A DNA stretch of 64,000 bases from Sumerlaeia bacterium (GTDB taxonomy: Bacteria; Sumerlaeota; Sumerlaeia; SLMS01; JAHLLQ01), in the NCBI GenBank assembly GCA_040219255.1, contig JAVJSW010000037.1:128001-192000 (forward strand), given 5' to 3'. Positions within the stretch are counted from its first letter, which is position 1. Each line of letters begins with the position of its first letter. This document shows positions 36,277 to 46,348 of the stretch, one piece after another. A model generated the notes under the pieces. That model was not told the DNA's origin and made no database searches. It was given only the letters and a program-made list of their open reading frames with translations. A program made the position numbers and the translations under genes.

Positions 36277-37332
36277 ATGAGTTCTCGCTGGAACATCTAC
36301 CACGGTGTGGTTCACGTCCACACAGAAGCCAGCGGGGGAGAGCCCCTAGAGGCGATCATCGAGCACGCCAAAGACGCGGGCCTCGATTTCGTCGTCATCA
36401 CCGATCATAATACCCGCCACTGCGACGCCCCCGTCGATGCCTGGCACGATGGCGTGCTGATCCTCTGCGGCGAGGAAGTGATCTGTCACGACGGCCATAT
36501 GCTGGCTTTCGAAACCCGCGAAGATATCGGCCAGCAGCCCAGCGCCGAAATCGCCATCGAGGAAATCCGCCGCCAGGTCGGCGTCGTCGCCGGCTGCCAT
36601 TATCAGCTCGACATCCCCCACAGGCCCCACCGCATTCCCCGCCCCCTCTCGATGAGCGACGTGGACATCGTGGAAATCTGGTCATTCACCGACGAGTTCC
36701 TGACCCGCGTCCACCCCAGCAAGGTGTTGCAGTATCAGGCCCGCCCCGACCGCGTCATCGTCGGGCCGCCGCGGCCTGTGGTGAAGCGATGGGATATCGA
36801 ACTGGAAAAGCGCCCGGTCTCCGCGATCGGGTCCCTCAACGCCCATAATCGCAAGGAGCCACTGCTCGATTGGAAGGAATTCGTGCCCTTCGAATATTCC
36901 TTCCATACGATTCGCACGGCGGTCATCACGCCGCGGCTGCCGAAATCCTTCCCCCGCGCCCGCGACCTCGTCTGGCAGGCGCTTCGCCGTGGCAACGCCT
37001 TCATCTACAATCGCGCGATCAGCCCCGTCCCCAGCTTTTCCTTCCGCTTCGAAGGTCCGGAAAACGAAGGGTGCCAAATGGGCGAAACCTCCCAATTCGT
37101 CGCCAACGGACGCATGCACATCAGCATCCCTCAACCCGCCGAGATTGTGCTGCGCCACAACTCCCTGCCCGCTTTCTGGACCACCGCTCAGGATCTTTCC
37201 TTTCCCGCTCTCGGCCCCGGCGTGTACCGGGTCGAGGTCTGGCTCGAAGGACGCCTTTGGATTCTCTCGAACGCCATTCGACTGATGGCGACCGAGGAAG
37301 TGCGCCAACCCACCGTTTCCGATTTCACCTGA
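36277..37332 (+). CDS. PHP-domain metallohydrolase
   Basis: HVHT, AGLDFVVITDHN, GEEV, GH, NAH; Ig-like C-terminus GVYRVEV. Confidence 0.8.
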   Translation: MSSRWNIYHGVVHVHTEASGGEPLEAIIEHAKDAGLDFVVITDHNTRHCDAPVDAWHDGVLILCGEEVICHDGHMLAFETREDIGQQPSAEIAIEEIRRQVGVVAGCHYQLDIPHRPHRIPRPLSMSDVDIVEIWSFTDEFLTRVHPSKVLQYQARPDRVIVGPPRPVVKRWDIELEKRPVSAIGSLNAHNRKEPLLDWKEFVPFEYSFHTIRTAVITPRLPKSFPRARDLVWQALRRGNAFIYNRAISPVPSFSFRFEGPENEGCQMGETSQFVANGRMHISIPQPAEIVLRHNSLPAFWTTAQDLSFPALGPGVYRVEVWLEGRLWILSNAIRLMATEEVRQPTVSDFT

Positions 37333-37486
37333 ATTCCCGTCGCCCCTCACCAATACGCGGTATCAGGCGCGCAGGTGCTTTCCGCTTGCGGCGCGGGCGA
37401 CGGAGCACCCACGTTTTCGCGGCAGCGCGCCGCGCCCCCAAAGCCGGGGGCCGCGCCACACATTGATTTCGACGAGGTAGTGCTTC

Positions 37487-37987
37487 ATGCCGGCAACGAC
37501 GACCCTTAAGGGCAACCCCTTCAAGCTGGAAGGTACGGAAGTCAAGGCGGGCGATACCGCCCCCAATTTCTCCGCCCATGTCAGCCTGGTGGAGAAGAAA
37601 AGCCTGAGCGATTTCGCCGGCAAGACCACCGTCATTCTGGCCGTTCCCAGCCTCGACACCCCCGTCTGCGATCTGATGGCCAAGCGCTTCAGCGAAGAAG
37701 CCGGCAAGCTGGGCGGCAGCATCAACGTCATCACCATCTCCTGCGACCTGCCCACCGCCCAGAAGCGCTGGTGTGGCGCCGCGTCCATCGACAATCTGGT
37801 CTGCATGTCCGATTACAAGGACCACGAATTCGGCGCCGCCTACGGGACCTTCATCCCCGACCTGGCGGTTCTTTCGCGCGCCGTCTTCGTCGTCGATGGG
37901 GCGGGCAAGCTGATCCACGTCGAGTACGTGCCGGAAATCGCCGATCATCCGAACTACGACGCCGCCCTGGCCGCCGCCAAGGCTTGA
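37487..37987 (+). CDS. tpx: thiol peroxidase
   Basis: VPSLDTPVC, DLP.AQKRWC, SRAVFV, EYVPEI..HPNY. Confidence 0.93.
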   Translation: MPATTTLKGNPFKLEGTEVKAGDTAPNFSAHVSLVEKKSLSDFAGKTTVILAVPSLDTPVCDLMAKRFSEEAGKLGGSINVITISCDLPTAQKRWCGAASIDNLVCMSDYKDHEFGAAYGTFIPDLAVLSRAVFVVDGAGKLIHVEYVPEIADHPNYDAALAAAKA

Positions 37988-38059
37988 CCCGGGGCCCCTC
38001 AGGGGGCACTCTCGCCGCCTTTCCCATCTTCGAATCCTTGGAGTTCCAACGCGTTGACC

Positions 38060-38851
38060 ATGACCACCGATGCCCCCGCCGAGACGAAACAAACCGCTGA
38101 AGCGAAAGCCGCCGCGCCCAAGGGCCGCCTCGCTGGCAAAGTCTGCCTCATCACCGGATCGAGCCGCGGACTCGGCCGCGCCATCGCCCACGCCTACGCC
38201 GCGGAAGGGGCCAAGGTGGCGATCTGTGGCCGCGACCGCGAGAGCCTGATGGGCGTGGTGAAGGAAGTCCAAAGCCTGGGCGCCGACTGCCTCGCCGTAA
38301 AGCTCGACCTGGCCGACCGCGAAGACGCCGTCAAACTGGTCGATCAGGTGCAGCGCGCCTTCGGCCGCATCGACGTCCTGGTCAACAACGCCGGCATCCT
38401 CGGCCCCCGCAAGACCATCGCCGATTTCCCGGACGCGGACTGGAACAAGGTCATCGAGACGAACCTGAACAGCGTGTTCTGGGTCACCAAGGAAGCGCTC
38501 GGCAAGATGATCCCCCAGAACTCCGGGTCGATCATCAACGTCAGCAGCGGCGTCGGCCGCACCGCCCGCGCCAAGTGGGGCGCCTACGCCGTCAGCAAGT
38601 TCGCCGTCGAGGGCCTGACCCAGGTGCTCGCCGACGAAGTCAAAGACTACAAGGTGCGCGTCAACAGCGTGAACCCGGGCAAGCTCCGCACCAAGATGCG
38701 CGCGGAAGCCTATCCCGGCGAAGACCCCGCCACCCTGCCCAGCCCCGCCGACGCCACGAACGTCTTTGTGTACCTGGCCAGCGACGCCAGCAAGGGTGTC
38801 TCCGGCGATCAGTTCGAGGCCAAAGACTGGATGGGCCGCGCGGACTTCTAA
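38060..38851 (+). CDS. SDR oxidoreductase (YciK-like)
   Basis: TGSSRGLG, NNAG, YAVSK, NPG..RT.MRA.AYPGED. Confidence 0.9.
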   Translation: MTTDAPAETKQTAEAKAAAPKGRLAGKVCLITGSSRGLGRAIAHAYAAEGAKVAICGRDRESLMGVVKEVQSLGADCLAVKLDLADREDAVKLVDQVQRAFGRIDVLVNNAGILGPRKTIADFPDADWNKVIETNLNSVFWVTKEALGKMIPQNSGSIINVSSGVGRTARAKWGAYAVSKFAVEGLTQVLADEVKDYKVRVNSVNPGKLRTKMRAEAYPGEDPATLPSPADATNVFVYLASDASKGVSGDQFEAKDWMGRADF

Positions 38852-38880
38852 GTCCTCTGCCCTCAGTGCGCAACTCAATG

Positions 38881-38915
38881 AAAAGGGCGCTGGCGATTTG
38901 GCCAGCGCCCTTTTT
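38881..38915 (+). terminator. intrinsic (bidirectional-type) terminator
   Basis: AAAAGGGCGCTGGC-GATTTG-GCCAGCGCCCTTTTT. Confidence 0.85.
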
Positions 38916-39001
38916 CGATGCGTTGGCGGGTTGGCCTTTGGGTTGCATTGGAGAGGGGAAAATCGACCTCGAACCATGCAGGCTGTAAGGGAACGACACA
39001 C

Positions 39002-40891
39002 ATGACCACCGAGACGCAGCAGACCGAAACACATGAGTTTCAGGCGGAAATCCGCCAACTTCTCGACATCGTCATCCACTCGCTTTACACGAACCGCGAG
39101 ATCTTCGTGCGCGAGCTCATCTCCAACTCCGCCGACGCGCTGGAGAAGGTGCGCTATCAGCAGCTCACCCATCCGGATATGCCGGACAAGGACGCGCCCC
39201 TCGAGATCAAAATCGCTCTCGATCAGGACGCTCGCACCTTTACGATCACCGACACCGGCGTCGGCATGACGCGCGAGGAGCTGGGCGAGAACCTGGGCAC
39301 CATCGCGCGCTCCGGCACCAAGGCCTTCATGTCGCAGCTCGCCGAAGCCGCGAAGAAGGATGTGAACCTGATCGGCCAATTCGGCGTCGGGTTCTACAGC
39401 TCCTTCATGGCCGCCGACAAAGTCACCGTCCGCACCCGCAGCTTCCACCCCGACGCCACCGGCTGGCGCTGGGAGAGCGAGGGCAAGGGCAGCTATGTGG
39501 TGGCGGAGGACGCCGAGGCACCGCGCGGAACCTCGATCACGCTGCACCTGCGCGAGGACGCCGCCGAATTCGCCGAAGCGGACACGGTGAAAGACGTCAT
39601 CCGCCGCTTCAGCGCCTTCGTGCCCTTCCCGGTTCTCGTTGGCGACGAGCGCGTGAACACCGTCCAGGCCATCTGGAAACGGTCGAAGGGCGAGCTGAGC
39701 GAGGACGACTACAAAGAATTCTATCAGTTCCACGCCAACACCGGCGAGGACCCGTACTATACGCTGCACTTCACCGCCGACGTGCCGTTGGAAATCAACG
39801 CGCTGCTCTATGTGCCGCAGGACACGCTCGAGCGCATGGGCTTTGGACAGACCAAGCCGGGCGTCGATTTGTACTGCCGCAACGTGATGATTATGAAGAG
39901 CCCGGAGGACCTGCTGCCCGAGTGGATGCGGTTCGTGAAGGGCGTCATCGAGAGCGAGGACCTGCCGCTCAACATCAGCCGCGAAACCCTCCAGGACAAC
40001 GGCTTGGTCAAGCGCCTGCGCAAGGTGATCGTCGGCAAATTCCTCCGCTTCCTGGGCGAGCAGGCGGACAACGACGCCGAGAAGTACAAGACTTTCTATG
40101 ACAAGTTCGGCATGTTCCTGCACGAAGGCGTCCGGGGCGATTTCGCCCACCGCGACGACCTGGCGAAGCTGCTTCGCTTCGAATCCAGCAAGTCCGAACC
40201 GGGCGTCCGCACGAGTCTGACGGAGTACCTGAGCCGCATGAAGGACGGACAGGAGCGCATCTATTTCCTGACCGGTCCTTCGCGCGAGGCGATCGAGAAC
40301 GGCCCCTATTTCGAGGCCTTCCGCGAACGCGACGTCGAGGTGCTCTACACCCGCGACGCTTACGAAGACTACACCCTGTCGCAACTGGCGGCCTTCGAAG
40401 AGAAGCCACTGATCAGCGGCGACAGCGACGACCTTCAACTGCCCGGCGACGCCCCGGAACGTGGCGGTGAGGCCCTGAGCGACGAGCAGGCGGGCGAGCT
40501 GTGCGGCTGGATCAAGGAACTGCTCGGCGAGCAAGTGCGCGACGTGAAGGTTTCCAAGCGCCTCGTCGAAAGCCCCGCCGCCGCCACCAGCGCTGGCTTT
40601 GGCATGACCAACGCCATGCAGAAGCTGATGGCGACGCTCAACCGCGACAAGGCCATGGGCGGCATGCCAATGATGGTGCACCTGGAAATCAACCCGCGGC
40701 ACAGCCTGGTGCGGCGCATCGCGTCGCTGAAGGGCGAGAACGAGGGGCTGGCGAAGGATCTGGCCCACGCGCTCTACGATACGGCGATGCTGGCCGCGGG
40801 ACTGGTCAGCGAACCGCAAGAGATGGTCAAGCGGCTCAACGGCCTTCTGGAAAAGGCGGCCGGGGTCGAGAAGAGCCGCATCATTATGTAA
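39002..40891 (+). CDS. htpG: molecular chaperone HtpG (Hsp90)
   Basis: FQAEI, RELISN, DTGVGM, IGQFGVGFYS, LPLNISRE. Confidence 0.97.
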   Translation: MTTETQQTETHEFQAEIRQLLDIVIHSLYTNREIFVRELISNSADALEKVRYQQLTHPDMPDKDAPLEIKIALDQDARTFTITDTGVGMTREELGENLGTIARSGTKAFMSQLAEAAKKDVNLIGQFGVGFYSSFMAADKVTVRTRSFHPDATGWRWESEGKGSYVVAEDAEAPRGTSITLHLREDAAEFAEADTVKDVIRRFSAFVPFPVLVGDERVNTVQAIWKRSKGELSEDDYKEFYQFHANTGEDPYYTLHFTADVPLEINALLYVPQDTLERMGFGQTKPGVDLYCRNVMIMKSPEDLLPEWMRFVKGVIESEDLPLNISRETLQDNGLVKRLRKVIVGKFLRFLGEQADNDAEKYKTFYDKFGMFLHEGVRGDFAHRDDLAKLLRFESSKSEPGVRTSLTEYLSRMKDGQERIYFLTGPSREAIENGPYFEAFRERDVEVLYTRDAYEDYTLSQLAAFEEKPLISGDSDDLQLPGDAPERGGEALSDEQAGELCGWIKELLGEQVRDVKVSKRLVESPAAATSAGFGMTNAMQKLMATLNRDKAMGGMPMMVHLEINPRHSLVRRIASLKGENEGLAKDLAHALYDTAMLAAGLVSEPQEMVKRLNGLLEKAAGVEKSRIIM

Positions 40892-40963
40892 ACATTTGGG
40901 TTGCGCGCCGGGGGCGAAGGGCGGTGCAAGGGCGGACTTCCTCGCGCCCGCCGTTCCGGACTC

Positions 40964-42652
40964 ATGCATTCCTGGTTTCACAGCGAACCCGCCAAAATCA
41001 TCCGCACGACCCTGATATTGGGGGCGGCTTATCTTCTGTTTGGAATCAGGTCCCAAACGGAAGACGCCAATTCCTATTTGGTGGCCATCGAAACAGGTAA
41101 ACTCCTCTGGAACCCGCATCACATTCTCTATAACCCGTTGATGCGAGCGTTCTGGTTGGCCGCCACGTTTTTTTTGGAAAGCGTCCGGTCTTACCATGTG
41201 GTTTACGTGGTGAACGCTTTCATCAGCGGATTGGCGGTCACGGGATTCCTGTATTGCTGCAACGCGCTGCGTGGGAATCGCGTTACGAGCTTCATCGTGA
41301 CACTCTTATTCGCCTTTTCTCCCGCCTGGGTTCGTTATGTCACGGTGGCGGAGGTTTATCACGCGGCGATCTGCTGCGTAATCTGGGGAATATACTTTTG
41401 GATTCGGGCGCGCGATGATTTTGCCTCGGTCCGAATGTGGTTTCTAAGCGGTGCCTTGATCGGTTTGGGAGGTCTCTTTCACCAAACCGTCGTGCTGGCG
41501 GGTCTGGGGCTGATGGTGGCAACGCTCCTGACTTGGCGTCGGGACAGCTACGATTGGCGTATGGTGGTCGCCTTCGCCGCCGGAGGGATTGTGGTCGCGG
41601 GCGGGGGCAGCATCCTGGGCGCCATCGCTTCCGGGCATTATCCTCCCGTCTCGATTTGGGAGTGGCTGACGGCCATGGGCCGGTCGAATGCCGCGTGGGG
41701 GCGGATCGAGCACTTCTCCGGCGATTGGCCTTCGATTTTCCTCGGCACGGTTTATCAGACGATCTGGGCTTTTCCTTTCAAGAACAGCCTCCTTCGGTTC
41801 CTCTTTCTCGTGCCTTTCGCCGTATTGATTGCAATTGGCATTTGGAAGGATCGCGAGAATCGGACGCTGCATATCGGCTTGAGTGTTTGGTGCCTGATGG
41901 CGTTGGTTTTCGCCTGGTGGTGGGTGCCGTGGAATCGGGAATTCGTGCTGCTGCCGATGGTTGCGATTCTCTTGTCGGCGGGCGCGTCGCTTGGGTTGCT
42001 GGAACAGCAAATCGAGATAACATCCATCCGGTGGATCGTTGCCGTTTCATTGGGATTGTTGGTACTCCTGGCGTTTCCATTCCTGATCTGGAAAGAGTGG
42101 CGCCCAAACACCGAATGGACCACCAAAGGTCTGACGCACTTGGGTACGACTCTGGCCGCCACGGAGGGCGAAGAAGACCACTTCCTGATCGCCGACTACG
42201 CCGCCTACGATGTGCTTTATCTTTATTATCCAGACGACGTTCCAGAGATGGAATGGAGTACCATCCTGACCGAAGAAGGTGCCGCCCGTGTCACCGACGC
42301 CATCCGCCAAGGTCGCATCGTCATCGTCGATGCGTACGCCCTCGGTGCTCCATTCAACGCCCTCCGGGACCCTAAGCACATTGGCGGCATGGACCCGCAA
42401 GTCCGCGCCACGCGGCGATTGCTCGCGGCCTTGTCCGCGGGCCGCGATCTTCCCACCGGCCAACATCCGGTTGCGGAACCCGTCGAGGTCATGGAGAAAT
42501 TACGGGCCTATCGCTTTGCACCGGGCGGCCCATCGGCCCCCGCGCCACAGGTTTACGAACGCCTCCACGGCGACCTGTCCGCGTTGCCGCAGACGGCTGC
42601 CCACGCCGATTATCTGTTGGATCTGGCACAAGAATCAAGGACCACCGAATGA
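40964..42652 (+). CDS. multi-pass membrane protein, GT-C-like (DUF2723/ArnT-like)
   Basis: D...Y..., PHH.LY, AEVY, HQ motifs; about 11 TMs plus periplasmic C-terminus. Confidence 0.65.
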   Translation: MHSWFHSEPAKIIRTTLILGAAYLLFGIRSQTEDANSYLVAIETGKLLWNPHHILYNPLMRAFWLAATFFLESVRSYHVVYVVNAFISGLAVTGFLYCCNALRGNRVTSFIVTLLFAFSPAWVRYVTVAEVYHAAICCVIWGIYFWIRARDDFASVRMWFLSGALIGLGGLFHQTVVLAGLGLMVATLLTWRRDSYDWRMVVAFAAGGIVVAGGGSILGAIASGHYPPVSIWEWLTAMGRSNAAWGRIEHFSGDWPSIFLGTVYQTIWAFPFKNSLLRFLFLVPFAVLIAIGIWKDRENRTLHIGLSVWCLMALVFAWWWVPWNREFVLLPMVAILLSAGASLGLLEQQIEITSIRWIVAVSLGLLVLLAFPFLIWKEWRPNTEWTTKGLTHLGTTLAATEGEEDHFLIADYAAYDVLYLYYPDDVPEMEWSTILTEEGAARVTDAIRQGRIVIVDAYALGAPFNALRDPKHIGGMDPQVRATRRLLAALSAGRDLPTGQHPVAEPVEVMEKLRAYRFAPGGPSAPAPQVYERLHGDLSALPQTAAHADYLLDLAQESRTTE

Positions 42653-43890
42653 GACGTCACCGAATGAAGTTCCAGAGCTCAGTCCTCGCCAACGTGTGCA
42701 ATGGGTTGATGTGTATGATTTGCTTGGCTGTGCTCGTGCCTGTCGGTTCCGCCGCCCCGGCCGAGCCGATCCTGGCCGACGACACTGCCGCCACGATGAC
42801 CGCTCCACTCGCCCCGCGCGGCGCCGGTATCCTGATGTATCACGGTCTGGATGAAGAGTTCAACTTCGTCGCCGAGAGCTTTCGCGTCCAGATGCAGTAC
42901 TTGGCCGACAATGGCTTCGAAACGATCACCTTCGCCCACCTCCAGTCCTGGATCGAGACCGGCTCGCCCGCGCTGCCGAAGAAGCCGATCATCCTGACCT
43001 ACGACGACAATTACATCACGATCTGGGACTTGGCCTATCCGGAAATGAAGAAGCACGGCTTCTTCGGCTATAACTTCGCCCACACCATGTACGTGGGCGT
43101 CGTCACAAGCTATGACCACGCCGATTGGGCCGAGTGCATGATTATGGAGAACGACGGCGTTGTCTTCACCGAGAGCCACACCATCAGCCACGTTCACCTG
43201 ACGCTTCTCTCGGACATGGCCAAGACGAACGAAATCCTGAACAGCAAGCGCGCCATCGCCGAGAACATGCAGGGCAAAGTTTCGACGACGCTGTCCTATC
43301 CCTACGGCGCATACGACCAGCGAACCATCGAGATCACGCGCGACTCGGGCTATGACAACGCCGTCTCCACCGTTCCCGGCATAACCACACGCGACTCCGG
43401 CGTCTTCGAATTGCCGCGTTTCGCGGTGAACCCGAACTGGGTCGGCGAAGGCACCGCGCTGAACAACGGCTTTCTGCGGGCGGTGAACGAGGTGGAGCGC
43501 CAGAGTGTGCGCTGGATCAACGTCGAGGATGAGGCCGCGGTGGGCGGTGCCTACCAGGTCGCCGACCCCGGCGAAGCGCCCCTCAACGCGTTGTGGACCG
43601 TGGATTTGCCAGAGGCGACAACGTACACCCTGGAAATGCACTGGCCCGCCGGAGCCGCCACCGCCACCGACGCGCCGGTCGGCGTGTTCCTGGATGGCGA
43701 ATGGCTGACCACCCCGGTGGATCAGTCCACCAGCGGTGGCGCCTGGATCGCGGTCGGGACCTACGATTTTCCGACGACGCGAGCGATGATCAACCTGAGC
43801 AACGCGGCGAACGGCTCAGTGGCCGCTGACGCGATTCGGCTCCAGGTGGCGGTTGACCCCGAACCGTATGGCGGGTGGATTGTGCACTGA
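42649..43890 (+). CDS. secreted polysaccharide deacetylase (CE4) with C-terminal beta-sandwich domain
   Basis: ILMYH, LTYDD, SHT.SH, SYPYG, LPR; VDQS..GG.W..VG.Y.F...ADAIR module; start uncertain. Confidence 0.85.
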   Translation: MRRHRMKFQSSVLANVCNGLMCMICLAVLVPVGSAAPAEPILADDTAATMTAPLAPRGAGILMYHGLDEEFNFVAESFRVQMQYLADNGFETITFAHLQSWIETGSPALPKKPIILTYDDNYITIWDLAYPEMKKHGFFGYNFAHTMYVGVVTSYDHADWAECMIMENDGVVFTESHTISHVHLTLLSDMAKTNEILNSKRAIAENMQGKVSTTLSYPYGAYDQRTIEITRDSGYDNAVSTVPGITTRDSGVFELPRFAVNPNWVGEGTALNNGFLRAVNEVERQSVRWINVEDEAAVGGAYQVADPGEAPLNALWTVDLPEATTYTLEMHWPAGAATATDAPVGVFLDGEWLTTPVDQSTSGGAWIAVGTYDFPTTRAMINLSNAANGSVAADAIRLQVAVDPEPYGGWIVH

Positions 43891-43929
43891 TCGCGGAATC
43901 GCCGCCGAGAAGGACATCGTCAATCGATC

Positions 43930-44175
43930 ATGAAGTTTCACGTACTCGTTCATCTGAAGCCCGACGTCTTGGACGTGCAAGGTCAAGCCATCCGGGAAGC
44001 AGTCGTCGGCGCCGGCCACGGCGGGATTTCCGCCGTGCGCGTGGGCAAATCGTTTTACCTGGACGTGGCCGCCGATTCGGATGCGGAAGGTCGCGCCGAG
44101 GTGGCTCGCCTGTGCCAGGAAACGCTCTCGAACCCGCTGCTGGAGACCTTTGAAATCGAGCAGGTGACGGCATGA
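43930..44175 (+). CDS. purS: FGAM synthase subunit PurS
   Basis: LKPDVLD.QG.AI, VRVGK, LSNPLLE. Confidence 0.92.
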   Translation: MKFHVLVHLKPDVLDVQGQAIREAVVGAGHGGISAVRVGKSFYLDVAADSDAEGRAEVARLCQETLSNPLLETFEIEQVTA

Positions 44176-44897
44176 GCGCGGTCGCGACGGATCGGGTGAA
44201 GTTCGCCGTGGTGGTGTTTCCCGGGTCGAATTGCGACCGGGATTGTCTGAACGCGGTCAAGGGCCCGCTGGGCCAGCATGTCCAGGCGGTCTGGCACCGC
44301 GACGCCGTGCCGGACGATGTGGACTGTATCATCGTGCCGGGCGGGTTTTCCTATGGCGACGCGCTGCGGGCGGGGGCGCTGGCGGCTTTGTCTCCGGTGA
44401 TGGAAAGCGTGCGCCGCGCCGCCGATGACGGGAAGCTGGTCCTGGGCGTTTGCAATGGCTTTCAGGTGCTGCTCGAGAGCGGGCTGCTGCCGGGCGCGCT
44501 GATGAAAAACACAGGCCTGCGCTTCGTCTGCCGGGACGTCTTCCTGCGCGTGGACAACTGGATGTCGCCGTTCACGCTGGACTACGGGCCGAACCAGGTC
44601 ATCCGCGTCCCCGTGGCCCATGGCTACGGCAATTACTACGCGCCCCAGGCGGACCTGGACGCGTTGGAGGAGCGCGGCGGGGTCGTGTTCCGCTATTGCG
44701 ACGAGCACGGCAACCTCGACTCCGGCGCCAACCCGAACGGTTCGCTGAACGCCATCGCCGGCATCACGAACGAACGCGGCAACGTACTCGGCATGATGCC
44801 CCACCCGGAACGGGCCTGCGAAGGCATTCTCGGGAGCCGCGACGGCCTCAAGCTGTTCGAGAGCATGGTGAAGCGGGTTGTAGCCCTGAGGGGTTAG
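44172..44897 (+). CDS. purQ: FGAM synthase subunit PurQ
   Basis: FPGSNCD, PGGFSYGD, GVCNGFQ, NPNGS, MMPHPER. Confidence 0.96.
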   Translation: MSAVATDRVKFAVVVFPGSNCDRDCLNAVKGPLGQHVQAVWHRDAVPDDVDCIIVPGGFSYGDALRAGALAALSPVMESVRRAADDGKLVLGVCNGFQVLLESGLLPGALMKNTGLRFVCRDVFLRVDNWMSPFTLDYGPNQVIRVPVAHGYGNYYAPQADLDALEERGGVVFRYCDEHGNLDSGANPNGSLNAIAGITNERGNVLGMMPHPERACEGILGSRDGLKLFESMVKRVVALRG

Positions 44898-44910
44898 AGC
44901 GGCTGGCCCC

Positions 44911-46020
44911 ATGCCCCACATCGTCCACGTTTACAAAGATTACTGGCCGCCGATTCTCGGCGGGATCGAGCGCACCGTGCATTGGATGGCGACGGGTCTG
45001 GTGCGGCGTGGGTACGAGGTGACGGTGCTGGTGAATTCGCGCGAACGGGCGGCGCGCGAGCGTGAGCTGGACGGCGTTCGGATCGTCGAGGTGGGGGAGT
45101 GGCGGCGGTTCGCTTCGGCGCCGTTGTCGCCCGGATTCCCGGCGGCGATGCGGCGGCTGAAGGCGGATGTGTGGCATTTCCACGTGCCGAATCCGACGGG
45201 GGATGTGTCGTATTTGCTGACGCAGCCGGCGGGGCGGGTCGTGGCGACCTATCACAGCGACATTGTGCGTCAGAAGTGGGCACTGTGGGCCTATGGGCCG
45301 GTGCTGCGGCGGTTCCTGGCGCGGTGCGACGTGGTGATGCCAACATCGCCGCGGCTGATCGACAGCTCGCCGTTCCTGCGGGCGGTGCGCGAGAAGTGCG
45401 AAGTCGTGCCGTTGGCAATGCCGCTGGACAAGTACGAGCGCACCGGCGCGAGCGGCCTCCGCGCCCGAGAGGTCAAGGCCCGCTACAAGGGCTTCCCGCT
45501 CCTGGTGTTCCTGGGGAAGTTACGCTATTACAAAGGTCTGCAATTCCTCGTGAGCGCCATGCGGAGCGTCCCCCACGCCCACGCGCTCATTATCGGCGAG
45601 GGACCGGAGGGGCCGAACCTGGAGGTCCTGGCGCGGGAGCTGGGCGTGGCGGACCGGGTGCATTTCCTGGGCGAGTTGGACGACGACGACGTGGTGGCGC
45701 ATTTGCAGGCGGCGGACGTGTTCGTACTGCCGAGTCATTTGAACTCCGAGGCTTATGGGCTTTCTCAGATTGAGGCGATGGCTTGCGGGTTGCCGGTGGT
45801 GAGTTGCGATTTGCCGACCGGTGTGCCCTTCGTGAATCGGCACGGAGAGACCGGTCTGGTGGTTCCTCCCGGGGACGACGGGGCGCTGGCGGAGGCGATT
45901 TCGAGGCTGCTGTCTGACGAGCGACTGCGTTTTGCCATGGGCGAGGCGGCCTATCGGCGGGCCCGGGAAGTGTTCTCGGTGGAGGCCATGATGGAAAATT
46001 TGGTGAGGATTTACGTTTGA
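44911..46020 (+). CDS. glycosyltransferase family 4
   Basis: GGIE, YHSD, YYKGL, PS...EAYGLSQIEAMACGLPVV. Confidence 0.92.
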   Translation: MPHIVHVYKDYWPPILGGIERTVHWMATGLVRRGYEVTVLVNSRERAARERELDGVRIVEVGEWRRFASAPLSPGFPAAMRRLKADVWHFHVPNPTGDVSYLLTQPAGRVVATYHSDIVRQKWALWAYGPVLRRFLARCDVVMPTSPRLIDSSPFLRAVREKCEVVPLAMPLDKYERTGASGLRAREVKARYKGFPLLVFLGKLRYYKGLQFLVSAMRSVPHAHALIIGEGPEGPNLEVLARELGVADRVHFLGELDDDDVVAHLQAADVFVLPSHLNSEAYGLSQIEAMACGLPVVSCDLPTGVPFVNRHGETGLVVPPGDDGALAEAISRLLSDERLRFAMGEAAYRRAREVFSVEAMMENLVRIYV

Positions 46021-46064
46021 AAACATTAATCGTCTCAAATTGCGACAATTTGCCTCGTATTTTT

Positions 46065-46271
46065 TCAACTTAAGTTTTCGTGGTAGAAATCGATCATTTT
46101 TTGAATGTCCTCGTGACAGGCTGTGCAGCTCAGCCCGGCTGTCGTTCGAAGGCCAATGTCCTCCACCGTGGGTTCTTGATTTTGAGCGACTTGACTCTGG
46201 ATGCAGCGCAGCACGACCTCCCGTGGGATGCCGTGACACACACAAATTAATTCACAAGTTTTAGATTGCAT
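46065..46271 (-). CDS. BFD-like [2Fe-2S] protein
   Basis: ICVCHGI ... T.AGLSCTAC (C-x-C...C-x2-C); low GC. Confidence 0.75.
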   Translation of the reverse strand: MQSKTCELICVCHGIPREVVLRCIQSQVAQNQEPTVEDIGLRTTAGLSCTACHEDIQKMIDFYHENLS

Positions 46272-46348
46272 CGAACAATTCCTGATGGTTGTTGCGGACA
46301 AAGAAGCTTGGATTGACGTCAGAGGCGCCGACCCGAGAGGATTTTGCT

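Noticed and set aside
37325-41197. 1290-aa minus-strand ORF
   Set aside because: Antisense shadow of tpx, SDR and htpG, which have clear motifs; typical of high-GC DNA
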